From positions 128,001-192,000 of the forward strand of contig CAXXUK010000002.1 in assembly GCA_963665125.2 (NCBI GenBank): DNA of 64,000 nt, in the 5' to 3' direction. Below the pieces are notes generated by a model that saw only the letters and a list, made by a program, of their open reading frames with translations, had not been told where the DNA came from and made no database searches. The DNA is from an uncultured Desulfarculus sp. Lineage in GTDB: Bacteria > Desulfobacterota > Desulfarculia > Desulfarculales > Desulfarculaceae. Each line of letters begins with the position of its first letter. The first letter of the stretch is position 1. Below, in pieces: positions 49,326 to 59,367 of this stretch. The translations under genes were made by a program, and so were the position numbers.

Positions 49326-49455
49326 GGGCCAATGCTATGGCCGTATTGGGGCGTGGTCTTGGGAGGCGTTTCGATAAAGCAAAGCCGCCTTACCGCCCGC
49401 TGTTTGGTGTGCTACAATCCGGCTCAAAGCCTGTACGCCTGCAAGGAGAGGTCAA

Positions 49456-50394
49456 TTGAAGATACTCGTCACCGGCGGGGCCGGATTCATAGGCAGCCAT
49501 GTGGTCAGGGCGTTTCTGACCCTTGGCCACGAGGTCGTGGTCATCGACGACCTGTCCTCGGGCAAAAGGGCCAACCTACCGCCGGAGGCCCGCCTGGAGG
49601 TCATGGACATCTGCTCGCCCCAGGCGGCCGAGTTGGTCCGTAAGGAGCGCTTCGAGGTCATCGACCACCACGCGGCCCAGATTTCAGTGCCGTTTTCGGT
49701 GCAGAATCCGCTTGCCGACGCCGCGACCAACGTCCTGGGCCTGATCAACCTGGTTGAGGCCGGTCGCCACAGCGGGCTGCGGCGGGTGGTGTTCATCAGC
49801 TCGGGCGGAGCCATCTACGGCGAGGTGCCCCGGGTTGCCGCCACCGAAGACACCCCCACCAAGCCCCTGTCGCCCTATGCCGTGAGCAAGATCACGGGCG
49901 AGAAGTATCTGGCCTATTACAGCCTGGCCCACGGCATCGAGGTGGTGGCCCTGCGTTACGGCAATGTCTACGGCCCCCGCCAGATTCCTCATGGCGAGGC
50001 CGGGGTGGTGGCCATATTCATGGATCAGATCCTGGCCAACAAAAAGGCCTCGATATTCAGGTACGACGACACCCCCGGCGGCATGATCCGGGATTACGTT
50101 TATGCCGGAGACTGCGCGGCGGCCAATGCCCTGGCCCTGGATGGCAAACCCGGCGCCTACAACATCGCCACGGGCAGGCCCACCGACACCCTGAGCCTGT
50201 GGCAGGCGGTGGCCAAGGCGGCGGACTCGGACCCCGGCCATGAATTCGGCCCGGCCCGGCCCGGCGACCTGCGGCGCAGCCTGCTGGACTGCTCCAAGGC
50301 CGAGCGCGGCCTGAGTTGGCGGCCCGAACACGATCTGGCGAGCGGCATCCATAAGACCTGGCAATGGCGCGTTGGGGAGGGATACAGGCCATGA
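49456..50394 (+). CDS. NAD-dependent epimerase (UDP-glucose 4-epimerase family)
   Basis: TGGAGFIGS, YAVSK, RYGNVYGPRQ. Confidence 0.9.
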   Translation: MKILVTGGAGFIGSHVVRAFLTLGHEVVVIDDLSSGKRANLPPEARLEVMDICSPQAAELVRKERFEVIDHHAAQISVPFSVQNPLADAATNVLGLINLVEAGRHSGLRRVVFISSGGAIYGEVPRVAATEDTPTKPLSPYAVSKITGEKYLAYYSLAHGIEVVALRYGNVYGPRQIPHGEAGVVAIFMDQILANKKASIFRYDDTPGGMIRDYVYAGDCAAANALALDGKPGAYNIATGRPTDTLSLWQAVAKAADSDPGHEFGPARPGDLRRSLLDCSKAERGLSWRPEHDLASGIHKTWQWRVGEGYRP

Positions 50395-51461
50395 GCAATA
50401 ACGTTCCGGCGATATTCGACCACTTTCCCAAGCTGCACGGCGTGTTGCCCCATATTAGCCTGATCGACTGCCCAACCCCGGTCCAGCATTTGGAAAAGCT
50501 CAGCGGAGTCCTGGACACCGAGATCTGGATCAAGCGCGACGACCTTACCTCCACGGTTTATGGCGGCAACAAGCCCCGCAAGCTGGAGTTCATCCTGGGC
50601 CGGGCCAGGGAGAAGGGCCAGAAGACCCTGGTGACCATGGGCGGCATCGGCACCAACCACGGCCTGGCCACGGTGATGCACGGCCGAAACCAGGGCATGC
50701 GCACCATCCTGGAGCTGTTTCCCCAGCCGGTCACCCCCACGGTGCTCAAGAACCTGAAGATGTTCCAGGCCAACGGGGCCAAGCTCAACCTGTGCAAGGA
50801 CATGTACCGGGCCTGGTTGCGCTTCCGGTTTTGGGAGCGGCTGATCAACCCCACGGCCTGCTACATTCCGGCGGGCGGCTCCAGCCCCCTGGGAGCGGTG
50901 GGCTATGTCAGCGCCGGGTTGGAGCTGGCCGACCAGATCAAGCAGGGGCTCATGCCCTTGCCCAGGATAATATTCGTGGCTGCGGGGACCACCGGCACCC
51001 ACTCCGGCCTGGCCCTGGGCCTGCGCCTGGCCGGGCTGGCAATTCAAGTCGTGGGCGTGGCCGTGGTGCCGCCGCCGGTGACCACGCCGCGCACCTCGCT
51101 GAGCCTGGCCCGCAAAAGCCTGGCCCTTTTACGCAAGGCCGACCCGGCGGTGCCGAACATCGAAATGGGCCTGGCCGACGTGCCCATGGACATGGACCGC
51201 CTGGGCCCCGGCTACGGCTTTCCCACTCCCCAGGGCGAGGAGGCCATGGGACTGCTGGAGGACTACGAGGGCATCGGCCTGGAGCCCACCTACACGGCCA
51301 AGACCCTGGCTTCGCTGGTGGCGTACGCCAGGGCCAATCCCGGACAGGGGCCGCTGCTGTACTGGAACACCTACAGTTCGGTTGACCTTGGCGAACAGGC
51401 CGCCGCGGTGGACCCTGCATCGCTGCCGCCGGAGTTTCAGCGGTTTTTCGTAAAGGCCTGA
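50391..51461 (+). CDS. PLP-dependent D-cysteine desulfhydrase/ACC deaminase family protein
   Basis: IKRDDL, GGNKPRKLEF, PAGGSS and LEPTYTAK motifs. Confidence 0.85.
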   Translation: MSNNVPAIFDHFPKLHGVLPHISLIDCPTPVQHLEKLSGVLDTEIWIKRDDLTSTVYGGNKPRKLEFILGRAREKGQKTLVTMGGIGTNHGLATVMHGRNQGMRTILELFPQPVTPTVLKNLKMFQANGAKLNLCKDMYRAWLRFRFWERLINPTACYIPAGGSSPLGAVGYVSAGLELADQIKQGLMPLPRIIFVAAGTTGTHSGLALGLRLAGLAIQVVGVAVVPPPVTTPRTSLSLARKSLALLRKADPAVPNIEMGLADVPMDMDRLGPGYGFPTPQGEEAMGLLEDYEGIGLEPTYTAKTLASLVAYARANPGQGPLLYWNTYSSVDLGEQAAAVDPASLPPEFQRFFVKA

Positions 51462-51582
51462 TCAGACCCTGGGACGGATTTTCATTACCGGTTGATTGAC
51501 AGGCGGTGTTGTGTAAGGCTATTTATATGCCCGCGCCGTCTGCCCGGCGCTTTCTTTTTCACGAACAACAACCAATAACCAA

Positions 51583-52431
51583 ATGGAGAACGTGATGGAA
51601 GGCTTGGACCAGATATTTTTGCGTATCCAGGAATGGCTGGCCCTGTATGGTCTGAAGGTGGTTGCGGCCCTGGTTATCCTTGTCATCGGTATTTTCGTAT
51701 CCAAGTACATCGCCAAATCCGTCAAACTGGTCATGACCAAGGCCAAGATGGACGAGGCCCTGGTGTCGTTCAGCGGCAAGGTCATCAAGATCGCGCTCTA
51801 TGCGGTGGTGTTCATCGCCGCCCTGAACCAGGTTGGATTTCAGACGGCCTCACTCATCGCCGTCTTGGGTGGCGCCGTATTCGCCTTGGGCATGGCCCTG
51901 CAAGGCAATGTCAGCTCCATCGCCTCGGGCGTACTTTTGCTGATTTTCAAGCCTTTCGGCCTGGGGGATGTGATCCAGTGCGCCGGAGTCACCGGCACGG
52001 TGGAAAAAATCGACATCATCCACACCAAGATCAAGCAGGCCGACGGACGCACGGTGATTATGCCCAACAACAAGCTGACCACCGACACCCTGACCAACTA
52101 TTCGGCCAGGGAGGTCATGCGCTGCGACCTGGTGGTGGGCATCGGCTACGGCGACGACATCGCCAAGGCCAAGAGCGCGGTTTTCGAGGTGATCGCCGCC
52201 TATCCCAAGGCCCTCAAAGACCCCGAGCCGCAAGTGTTTGTCCTGGAGTTGGGCGACAACAGCGTCAACCTGGCCGTGCGGCCCTTTGTGAACAAGGCCG
52301 ACTACTGGAGCTCCAAGTGGGATCTGGCCGAGGCCATCAAGCTGCGGTTCGACGAAGAAGGCATCAACATTCCGTATCCCCAGCGGGACGTGCATCATCA
52401 CTATCCCGAGGGCATTCCCGGAGAAAAATAA
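51583..52431 (+). CDS. mscS: Small-conductance mechanosensitive channel
   Basis: ALGMALQG, FKPFGLGD, VGIGY, GINIPYPQRDVH. Confidence 0.9.
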   Translation: MENVMEGLDQIFLRIQEWLALYGLKVVAALVILVIGIFVSKYIAKSVKLVMTKAKMDEALVSFSGKVIKIALYAVVFIAALNQVGFQTASLIAVLGGAVFALGMALQGNVSSIASGVLLLIFKPFGLGDVIQCAGVTGTVEKIDIIHTKIKQADGRTVIMPNNKLTTDTLTNYSAREVMRCDLVVGIGYGDDIAKAKSAVFEVIAAYPKALKDPEPQVFVLELGDNSVNLAVRPFVNKADYWSSKWDLAEAIKLRFDEEGINIPYPQRDVHHHYPEGIPGEK

Positions 52432-52472
52432 AGCTAGCCGGTTGAGTAAAAAGGCGAGGAGTTAGAGGATCG

Positions 52473-53474
52473 ATGAGGAAATGTTGGATAGCGGCCCTGG
52501 CGCTGGTGCTGATCATGGCCCAGCCGGCGGCCGCCGACGAGGTGAAGATGAAAAACGGCGACCGTATCAGCGGCGCCATCGTCAAAATGGAGGGCGGCAG
52601 CCTTATCATTAATACCGACTATGCCGGTGAACTGAAGATCAAGTGGGATCAGGTCGCCGGTCTGGTCAGCGAGGGTCCCATAGCCGTGCAATGCTCGGAA
52701 GGGCTGATCAGCGGCACGGCCCGGGAATGCCCAATGGGCCAGGTGGATGTGCAAAGCGCCGATGGCAAGACCACCATCGTGCTGGCCCAGGTGGAGGCCA
52801 TCAACCCCAAGGACAAGTCCAAACTGGAGACCAAGGGTGGGGTCAACCTCAGCGCCTGGTCCAAGCGGGGCAACACCCACAAGGACAACTACGACCTGCT
52901 GGCCAACATGACCTTTGAGTGGGATGTCCATAGGGTCATTGTCCAGGCCGAATCGCACTACACCGAGGACAAGAGCAATACCACCGAGGAAAACAGCCTG
53001 GGCAGCCTGGAATACAACCGTTTCATCAGCGAGAAGGTCTACGCCTTTGCCAACGCCCAGGCCAGCCAGGATAAATTCAAGGACATCAACCTGCGCACGG
53101 CCGCCGGTCTCGGCCTTGGCTATCAGTTCCTGGCCACCGACCGCACCAACCTGTCGTTCGAGGTCGGCCCCAACTATGTGTACGAAGACGGCGACATTAG
53201 GGGCACCCAAGACTGGTTCGCCTGGCGCTGGGAGATCGACTTCGACTACTGGATATGGGAAAAGGTCGTGCAGGTCTACCACCAGGACTGGGGCCTATTG
53301 CGCATGGACGACCAGAACCAGTATTTCCTCAATACCTACACGGGCCTGAAATTCCCTCTGGGCATGGGTTTCAACGCCAAGTTGCAGTTTGACTACAACT
53401 GGGACAACAACCCCCAACCGGGCAAGGAAAAATACGACCAGCGGACAATGCTGTTGTTCGGCTATTCCTGGTAG
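52473..53474 (+). CDS. DUF481-like outer-membrane beta-barrel protein
   Basis: Signal peptide, NGDRISG N-domain, C-terminal GYSW. Confidence 0.8.
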   Translation: MRKCWIAALALVLIMAQPAAADEVKMKNGDRISGAIVKMEGGSLIINTDYAGELKIKWDQVAGLVSEGPIAVQCSEGLISGTARECPMGQVDVQSADGKTTIVLAQVEAINPKDKSKLETKGGVNLSAWSKRGNTHKDNYDLLANMTFEWDVHRVIVQAESHYTEDKSNTTEENSLGSLEYNRFISEKVYAFANAQASQDKFKDINLRTAAGLGLGYQFLATDRTNLSFEVGPNYVYEDGDIRGTQDWFAWRWEIDFDYWIWEKVVQVYHQDWGLLRMDDQNQYFLNTYTGLKFPLGMGFNAKLQFDYNWDNNPQPGKEKYDQRTMLLFGYSW

Positions 53475-53475
53475 G

Positions 53476-54750
53476 TCAGGCTACCTGAGCGCGGCGGCCG
53501 CCGACCCCCAGGGTGAAGCGGCCGCCGTCTTCCATTTCCGCTTCAAGACCGGTGTCCACCCAGCCCCCGGCCACATTGGCACCCCTGGCCCACAGGCGGT
53601 TGCCCCGGCGAAGCTCAAGCTCCACCCCCGGCAGCGGCGCGAATGATTTACTGTCGCCCTTGGACCCGGCAACGGCTCCGGCAGCCTGCCGCAGACCCAG
53701 ACAGGCCCGGGGCTTTTCACCGCTTAGCTTGGCCAACTCCTCGGTCGGATGGCTGCCCAGCGGCGCATCTGCCGCCAGAACCATGCGCAGTCTGTCGGCC
53801 CGGCGCTTGGGCGACCTCTGGGCCGCCGCTTCGGCCAGGATCTTTTCGCCGCCGGCCAACACCGTGACCATTGATTTGCGGCAGGCGTCCAGCACGGACC
53901 TGGGCCGCGCCGTATCCGGCAGTGCCAGACAGGCTCCGCTGAGCAGGGGCATCAGCAGCCCTGTGGTCAGGCCAAAGCCCGTATGCAGCGGCGCCGCGTT
54001 CAAGACGACATCGAGAGGTTCGACTTGGGCCAGACCGGCCATGACCTCCTGCCCGGCATGGAGCACCGTGTGGTCCATGATCACCAGGTTTTGCACCTCA
54101 GGCGAACCGTCGTATAAGACCGCCACCGTTTCCGTGGGGTCGACGATCTGCCGTTGGGGGGCGGGGGCGTTTTCCTTGAGTATCTTTCTCAGACGTTCGC
54201 CTGAGTTGAACATGGTCTTGCGGGGCAAAGGCTGCGCTCCGCCGAATTTTCGCAGCAGCGGGTTGATCATCCTGGCCCCGGCACCGGCGTTTTCCATGGC
54301 GGTGACAAGGATCACCGGTTCAAGGTTGTGGCGGTGGCGTAGGCCTTCCAGGTGCCTGGACTGGTCTTCGGAGATGATCATTCCCTTGATTTCCGCCTGT
54401 TGAATAAAGGCCGACATCTCCTGGGGCGACTCAATGGTCGGGGCCAGAACCGCCGCCGCGCCCAGGCGCAACAGGCTGAAAAAGGCCTCCACCATCTGGG
54501 GTCCGTTGGGCAGCAGCAGGGCGATGCGGTCGCCGCGGTGCACGCTCCGCCTGGACAAGACCCCGGCCAGATGCTCCACCCGCCGCATCAATTCGCTGTA
54601 GGATAGGCTGACGGCCTTATGGGTCAGGGCTGGTCTGTTCGGGTGTTTACAGGCTGCGGCGCGAAAGGCGCAGTAAATGTCCTGCGGCGACTGCTTGATG
54701 GTTTGTGTCGCGCGGCTGATAGGGGCATTCAGCCGGGAGCGTTTTCCCAT
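53476..54750 (-). CDS. Degenerate AMP-binding (acyl-CoA ligase-like) protein
   Basis: GDRIALLLPN and PLHTGFGL are present, but the P-loop is replaced by YDGSPE and the C-terminal domain is absent. Confidence 0.6.
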   Translation of the reverse strand: MGKRSRLNAPISRATQTIKQSPQDIYCAFRAAACKHPNRPALTHKAVSLSYSELMRRVEHLAGVLSRRSVHRGDRIALLLPNGPQMVEAFFSLLRLGAAAVLAPTIESPQEMSAFIQQAEIKGMIISEDQSRHLEGLRHRHNLEPVILVTAMENAGAGARMINPLLRKFGGAQPLPRKTMFNSGERLRKILKENAPAPQRQIVDPTETVAVLYDGSPEVQNLVIMDHTVLHAGQEVMAGLAQVEPLDVVLNAAPLHTGFGLTTGLLMPLLSGACLALPDTARPRSVLDACRKSMVTVLAGGEKILAEAAAQRSPKRRADRLRMVLAADAPLGSHPTEELAKLSGEKPRACLGLRQAAGAVAGSKGDSKSFAPLPGVELELRRGNRLWARGANVAGGWVDTGLEAEMEDGGRFTLGVGGRRAQVA

Positions 54751-54952
54751 CCAATTCTCCGGCTGCCGTTCGGGGCGGCGTTGGCGATTCGGCGTCAATG
54801 TGCCGAATCTGGTTTACAGAAGTATATAGCCGCTCACAACATACTGTCAAGACGGCAAAATTCGTTTGCATGCCAGTGTGGACAATATATCACAGATTAA
54901 TATTGGTACCCATTATTGCCGAGAGCCGGTATGCCGCCTTTTGGCGTCGAAC

Positions 54953-55747
54953 CTATGCTTCGCCCGCGGCCATGGCTACCAACTCGGGCAGCATCAGGAC
55001 GTTGGTCGGATCGCCGTCGGGCAGGTTGTTCACGGCCTGGAAATAGCAACCAGTGCAGATATGGACCATGATTTGGTTTTGGATGCTGCCGATCATGTGG
55101 GCCAGACCTTCGGGCTTGTAGCAGCACTTGGGCGCGGCTATCTGGTGAACCTGTAAACCTTCAATATTTTCCAATACGTTGCGGGTGCTTTTCAGGTCCA
55201 TGGGCACCGGCGAAAAGCGTTTGTGCAGGCGATAGCAACCGGGATAGTAATCAATGGTTTGATGGAAGCTCAGTTCGCCCATGACCTCGGTTATGGCCTG
55301 GGGATAAAAGATGATCTCCGCCTCGGGCGCGGCGTGCTTGTAGATGGGATAGCACGGTGAACAGAAGATGATCAACCGCTTGGCCCCCAGCCCGGCGGCC
55401 TGATCCAGGTTGCGGCGCACATATGTTTTGGACAGGGCCTGGCACTGGGCCAGGGCATCCTGGTCCTTGGCCTTGATGGCCGGGCGGTAGAGATTGTTGC
55501 CGCAGCAGTATTCCTTGGAAAGGAAGGTGTGCTCCAGGCCCCGCTTGGCCAGAAACCGCGACAGCTTGCCCAGCACCCGGGGCATTGCCGCCAATATCTG
55601 GCAGCCGGTGACGATCACGTTGGGCGCGGGCGTGTCGTAGGGCAGGCCGTGCTCCTGCATGATCGGGATTCGCTCGGGCCAGCCGGGGTAGGTGTTGCCG
55701 GTTTGCTCTATGCACTGGACCATGGCCTGGTCGATGAGTTCATGCAT
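54953..55747 (-). CDS. CCG-domain (Fe-S)-binding protein
   Basis: TGC, YCCG, CSPCY, PGC, KCC and CTGC motifs. Confidence 0.75.
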   Translation of the reverse strand: MHELIDQAMVQCIEQTGNTYPGWPERIPIMQEHGLPYDTPAPNVIVTGCQILAAMPRVLGKLSRFLAKRGLEHTFLSKEYCCGNNLYRPAIKAKDQDALAQCQALSKTYVRRNLDQAAGLGAKRLIIFCSPCYPIYKHAAPEAEIIFYPQAITEVMGELSFHQTIDYYPGCYRLHKRFSPVPMDLKSTRNVLENIEGLQVHQIAAPKCCYKPEGLAHMIGSIQNQIMVHICTGCYFQAVNNLPDGDPTNVLMLPELVAMAAGEA

Positions 55748-55817
55748 TTGTCGCCTCCTGGGTCTTAACTTGATTGCAATCCGTGTTATGCTGGGTACAT
55801 ACATCATAGCCAAACGG

Positions 55818-56981
55818 ATGGAGAAAATGGAACTGCTGCAACAGGTTTACTGGGGCAATACGGTTCAAGAGTACCTGATCTCTCTTGGCGTTTTCGCGGG
55901 TTGCATCCTGGCGGCCTGGCTTGTGGACCGCTACTTGAAGTCGGCTCTGCTGGGTCTGGCGGCCAAAACAACCACCGAGATCGACGACCTGCTGATCCGG
56001 CGCTGCGTCACGCCCCTTACCCTGCTCTTGGTGGCCGGCGGCCTGTGGGTGGCCATGGACCGCCTGGACTTCAGCGAGTGGGCCGATTTCTGGGTCACCA
56101 ACGTCCTCAAGGTGGCGGCCACGCTGGTCTGCTTCTTTCTGTTCATGCGCTTTGTCCAGGTGCTGGTGGAGGCCCTCAAGGGCATCTACCTGGCGGGTCT
56201 GAGGGCCAGGGCCCAGGCCTTGCCGCCGGATCAGCCGGCCAGGGCCGACCGGGTTGCCAAGCAGGCCTCGGAGATCATCAACATGGTCATCGGCGTGCTG
56301 GCGGTGATGACCGTGCTGAGTATGCTGGGCGTCAACCTCATGGCCATCTGGGCCTCTCTGGGCATCGGCGGCATCGCCGTGGTCGTGGCCGTCAAGGAGC
56401 CCCTGAGCAACCTTGTTGGGCGGCTGTATATCTTTTCCACGGGCATCTTCGACACAGGCGATTTCATCGTATTCGACAAATGGTCGGGAACGGTCAAAAC
56501 CATCGGCCTGTTCCGCACGTCCCTGGAGCTGTTCGCCGACATGACCACGGTGAGCATCCCCAACGCCTCGTTCATCACCGGCGCGGTGCAGAACTTCGCG
56601 GGCCGTACCAAGTTCATGTACAAGTGGGACCTGGACGTGCCCTACGACACCCCTGCCGACAAGGTGCAAGCCCTCGTGCGGCGCCTGCGGGAGTTGATCT
56701 CGGCCAAGCCCGAACTTAACCCCGAGCGCTGCTGGATCTACCTGTCCGCCCTGGGGCCGTATTCCAAAAAGGTGCGGGTCTGGTTCCAGGTCAATCTGGA
56801 ATCCTGGGCCGCCTCGCTGTTCTACGGCAACGACGTGCTGCATGAAATCCAGCTCGTCTTTGGCGAAATGGGCGTGCCATTTGCCTTCCCCACCCAGACT
56901 ATCGATTTGACCGGAGAAGTCCCGGCGGTATTGCCCAATGCCGAGGCGGGTACAAAGCCGCCACAACAGGAGACATCATGA
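55818..56981 (+). CDS. MscS family mechanosensitive channel
   Basis: ASLGIGGIAV, GDFI, IPNASF, FAFPTQTI. Confidence 0.85.
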   Translation: MEKMELLQQVYWGNTVQEYLISLGVFAGCILAAWLVDRYLKSALLGLAAKTTTEIDDLLIRRCVTPLTLLLVAGGLWVAMDRLDFSEWADFWVTNVLKVAATLVCFFLFMRFVQVLVEALKGIYLAGLRARAQALPPDQPARADRVAKQASEIINMVIGVLAVMTVLSMLGVNLMAIWASLGIGGIAVVVAVKEPLSNLVGRLYIFSTGIFDTGDFIVFDKWSGTVKTIGLFRTSLELFADMTTVSIPNASFITGAVQNFAGRTKFMYKWDLDVPYDTPADKVQALVRRLRELISAKPELNPERCWIYLSALGPYSKKVRVWFQVNLESWAASLFYGNDVLHEIQLVFGEMGVPFAFPTQTIDLTGEVPAVLPNAEAGTKPPQQETS

Positions 56982-57337
56982 AGCCGCGGGAGGGGGTGAA
57001 TAAAGGGGTTGAGGCCTTTAAACGGGGCGATGCCGACGCCCTTGGCGGAATGTATGCCGAGGATGCGATCAATCACCAGGTGGCCGAGGCTCCGGTAAGG
57101 GGCAGGGAAGCCATCAGGCAAATGTTCAAGACGGAGTTCGCCAGGGCGGAGATGGTTTGCCTTGTGGAAAATATCTTTGAGGACGGCCAATGGGCCATTC
57201 TTGAATGGAAAGATCCCCTGGGACTAAGGGGGTGCGGATTCTTCCAGATAGAAAATGGTTTCATCGTTTTTCAAAGAGGCTATTGGGACAAGCTATCCTT
57301 TTTGCGGATGCATGACCTACCTCTGCCCACGGAGTAA
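56978..57337 (+). CDS. SnoaL-like/NTF2 family protein
   Basis: MYAEDAINHQVA...GREAI...QRGYWDKLSF. Confidence 0.8.
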   Translation: MKPREGVNKGVEAFKRGDADALGGMYAEDAINHQVAEAPVRGREAIRQMFKTEFARAEMVCLVENIFEDGQWAILEWKDPLGLRGCGFFQIENGFIVFQRGYWDKLSFLRMHDLPLPTE

Positions 57338-57532
57338 TCATCCCTTGCCGCGAAATCGCCGAACTGTGGCGATTGGCTTGCGATCAGGTGAGTAGCCGTC
57401 AAGCGTAATCCCGATAAACCAAGCGTTACTGATGACCGCCATCTCCCCAAGAGGTGGTGTTTCTTATTGCCCTGCGCATCCCTAGGCTTTCATACTTTTT
57501 TACAGCCCCTCATTTTTTTCATCTCAAGAGTC

Positions 57533-57573
57533 TTGACAAAGCCAAATTTAATAGTATTCTGGTACCAGAATGC
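57533..57573 (+). promoter_or_regulatory. hcp promoter with palindrome ATTCTGGTACCAGAAT over the -10/start
   Basis: TTGACA at 57533-57538, TATTCT at 57555-57560, perfect 16-bp palindrome at 57556-57571. Confidence 0.6.
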
Positions 57574-57598
57574 AACATAAAAGCTTGGAGGCTACGAC

Positions 57599-59230
57599 AT
57601 GGAAATGTTCTGTTACCAATGTGAGCAAACGGCACAGGGCACAGGCTGCACCAAGGGCGGCGTCTGCGGCAAGAACCCCCAGGTTGCGGCCCTGCAGGAC
57701 GTATTGACCTACGCGGTAATCGGGCTGGGCCAGGTGGCCGCCGCGGCCCGGACCAAAGGCGTTGTGGACAACAAAGTTGACCGGTTTGTCTGCGCCGCGC
57801 TGTTCAGCACCCTGACCAACGTGGATTTCGACCCCGAGCGTTTCGTGCCCCTGATCAACGAGGCGGTTAGCCTGCGCAAGGCCCTGGCGGCCAAGGCCGG
57901 CGTCAGCGTCGAGGGCGGCGCGGCCAATTATGAGCCCGCCAACGGCGTCGAGGGCCTGGCGGCCCAGGGCGGCCAGTGGGGATTCGCCCCGGACGGCGGC
58001 AATGCCGACGCCCGCAGCCTCAAGCACCTGATAATCATCGGCCTGCGCGGCGTGGCGGCCTATGCCGACCATGCGGCAATCCTGGGCCAGGAAGACGACG
58101 GCCTCTATGCGGGCATCCACGAGTCCCTGGCCGCCAGCCAGGACGACAGCCTTGATGTGGGCGGCCTGGTGGCCGCGGTTCTGCGCGTGGGCGAGATCAA
58201 CCTGAAGGCCATGGAGCTGTTGGACGCGGCCAACACCGGCACCTTCGGCCATCCGGTGCCGACCTCGGTGCCCCTGGGCCACAAGGCGGGCAAGGCCATC
58301 CTGGTATCGGGCCACGACCTGGAAGACCTGGCCCAGCTTTTGGAGCAAAGCAAGGGCAAGGGCATCTACGTCTACACCCACGGCGAGATGCTGCCCTGCC
58401 ACGGCTACCCGGAGCTGAAGAAGTATGAGCACTTTTACGGCCACTACGGCACGGCCTGGCAAAACCAGGGCAAGGAGTTCCCGGCCTTCCCCGGAGCTAT
58501 CCTGATGACCACCAACTGCATACAGCGGCCAAAGGGCGACTCGGGCGAAAAGATGTTCACCACCGGCCTGGTGGGCTGGCCCGGCATGCCCCACATTACC
58601 GCCGACGGGGGCGGCAAGAAGGACTTTGGCCCGGTCATCGCAAAGGCCCTGAGCCTGCCCGGTTTCGCCGAAGACGCCGACAATGGTTCGGTGATGGTGG
58701 GATTCGCCCGCAACGCGGTCCTGGGCGTGGCCGACAAGGTAATCGAGGGCGTCAAGGCCGGAGCCATCAAGCATTTCTTCCTGGTGGCCGGTTGCGACGG
58801 CGCCAAGCCCGGCCGCAACTACTACACCGAGTTCGTGGAAAAGGTGCCCCAGGACAGCGTGGTGCTGACCCTGGCCTGCGGCAAGTTCCGGTTCTTTGAC
58901 AAGCAGCTCGGTGACATCGGCGGCATCCCGCGGCTTTTGGACGTGGGCCAGTGCAACGACGCCTACTCGGCCATCCAGATCGCCGTGGCCCTGGCCGGCG
59001 CCTTTGACTGCGGCGTCAACGACCTGCCCCTGTCGATGATCCTTAGCTGGTACGAGCAAAAGGCCTGCGCCATCCTGCTGACCCTATTACACTTGGGCAT
59101 CAAGGGCATCCGACTGGGCCCCTCGCTGCCGGCCTTCATCACCCCCAATGTGTTGCAGGTTCTGGTGGATAATTTTGAAATCGCGCCCATCACCACCCCG
59201 GATGAGGATCTGAAGGCCATCCTGGGCTGA
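57599..59230 (+). CDS. hcp: Hybrid cluster protein (hydroxylamine reductase)
   Basis: MFCYQCEQT...GVCGK, GHDL, YTHGEMLP, TTNC, GQCND and WYEQKA motifs. Confidence 0.96.
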   Translation: MEMFCYQCEQTAQGTGCTKGGVCGKNPQVAALQDVLTYAVIGLGQVAAAARTKGVVDNKVDRFVCAALFSTLTNVDFDPERFVPLINEAVSLRKALAAKAGVSVEGGAANYEPANGVEGLAAQGGQWGFAPDGGNADARSLKHLIIIGLRGVAAYADHAAILGQEDDGLYAGIHESLAASQDDSLDVGGLVAAVLRVGEINLKAMELLDAANTGTFGHPVPTSVPLGHKAGKAILVSGHDLEDLAQLLEQSKGKGIYVYTHGEMLPCHGYPELKKYEHFYGHYGTAWQNQGKEFPAFPGAILMTTNCIQRPKGDSGEKMFTTGLVGWPGMPHITADGGGKKDFGPVIAKALSLPGFAEDADNGSVMVGFARNAVLGVADKVIEGVKAGAIKHFFLVAGCDGAKPGRNYYTEFVEKVPQDSVVLTLACGKFRFFDKQLGDIGGIPRLLDVGQCNDAYSAIQIAVALAGAFDCGVNDLPLSMILSWYEQKACAILLTLLHLGIKGIRLGPSLPAFITPNVLQVLVDNFEIAPITTPDEDLKAILG

Positions 59231-59367
59231 TAGGCCGCGCTCCCCGAAAAATACGCGGCTCCGGACATCGCTCCGGGGCCGCGCATTATTGCCGCCAAAC
59301 CCATTGGCTTGCCGAAATCAACGATTACGCCTAAAATCATAGCGCACACCTTTAACGGAGGCCGACC

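Noticed and set aside
50391..51461. Cysteate sulfo-lyase (CuyA) linked to xsc
   Set aside because: Family membership only. It is 11 kb away and coupled to an epimerase, and specificity cannot be read from the sequence.
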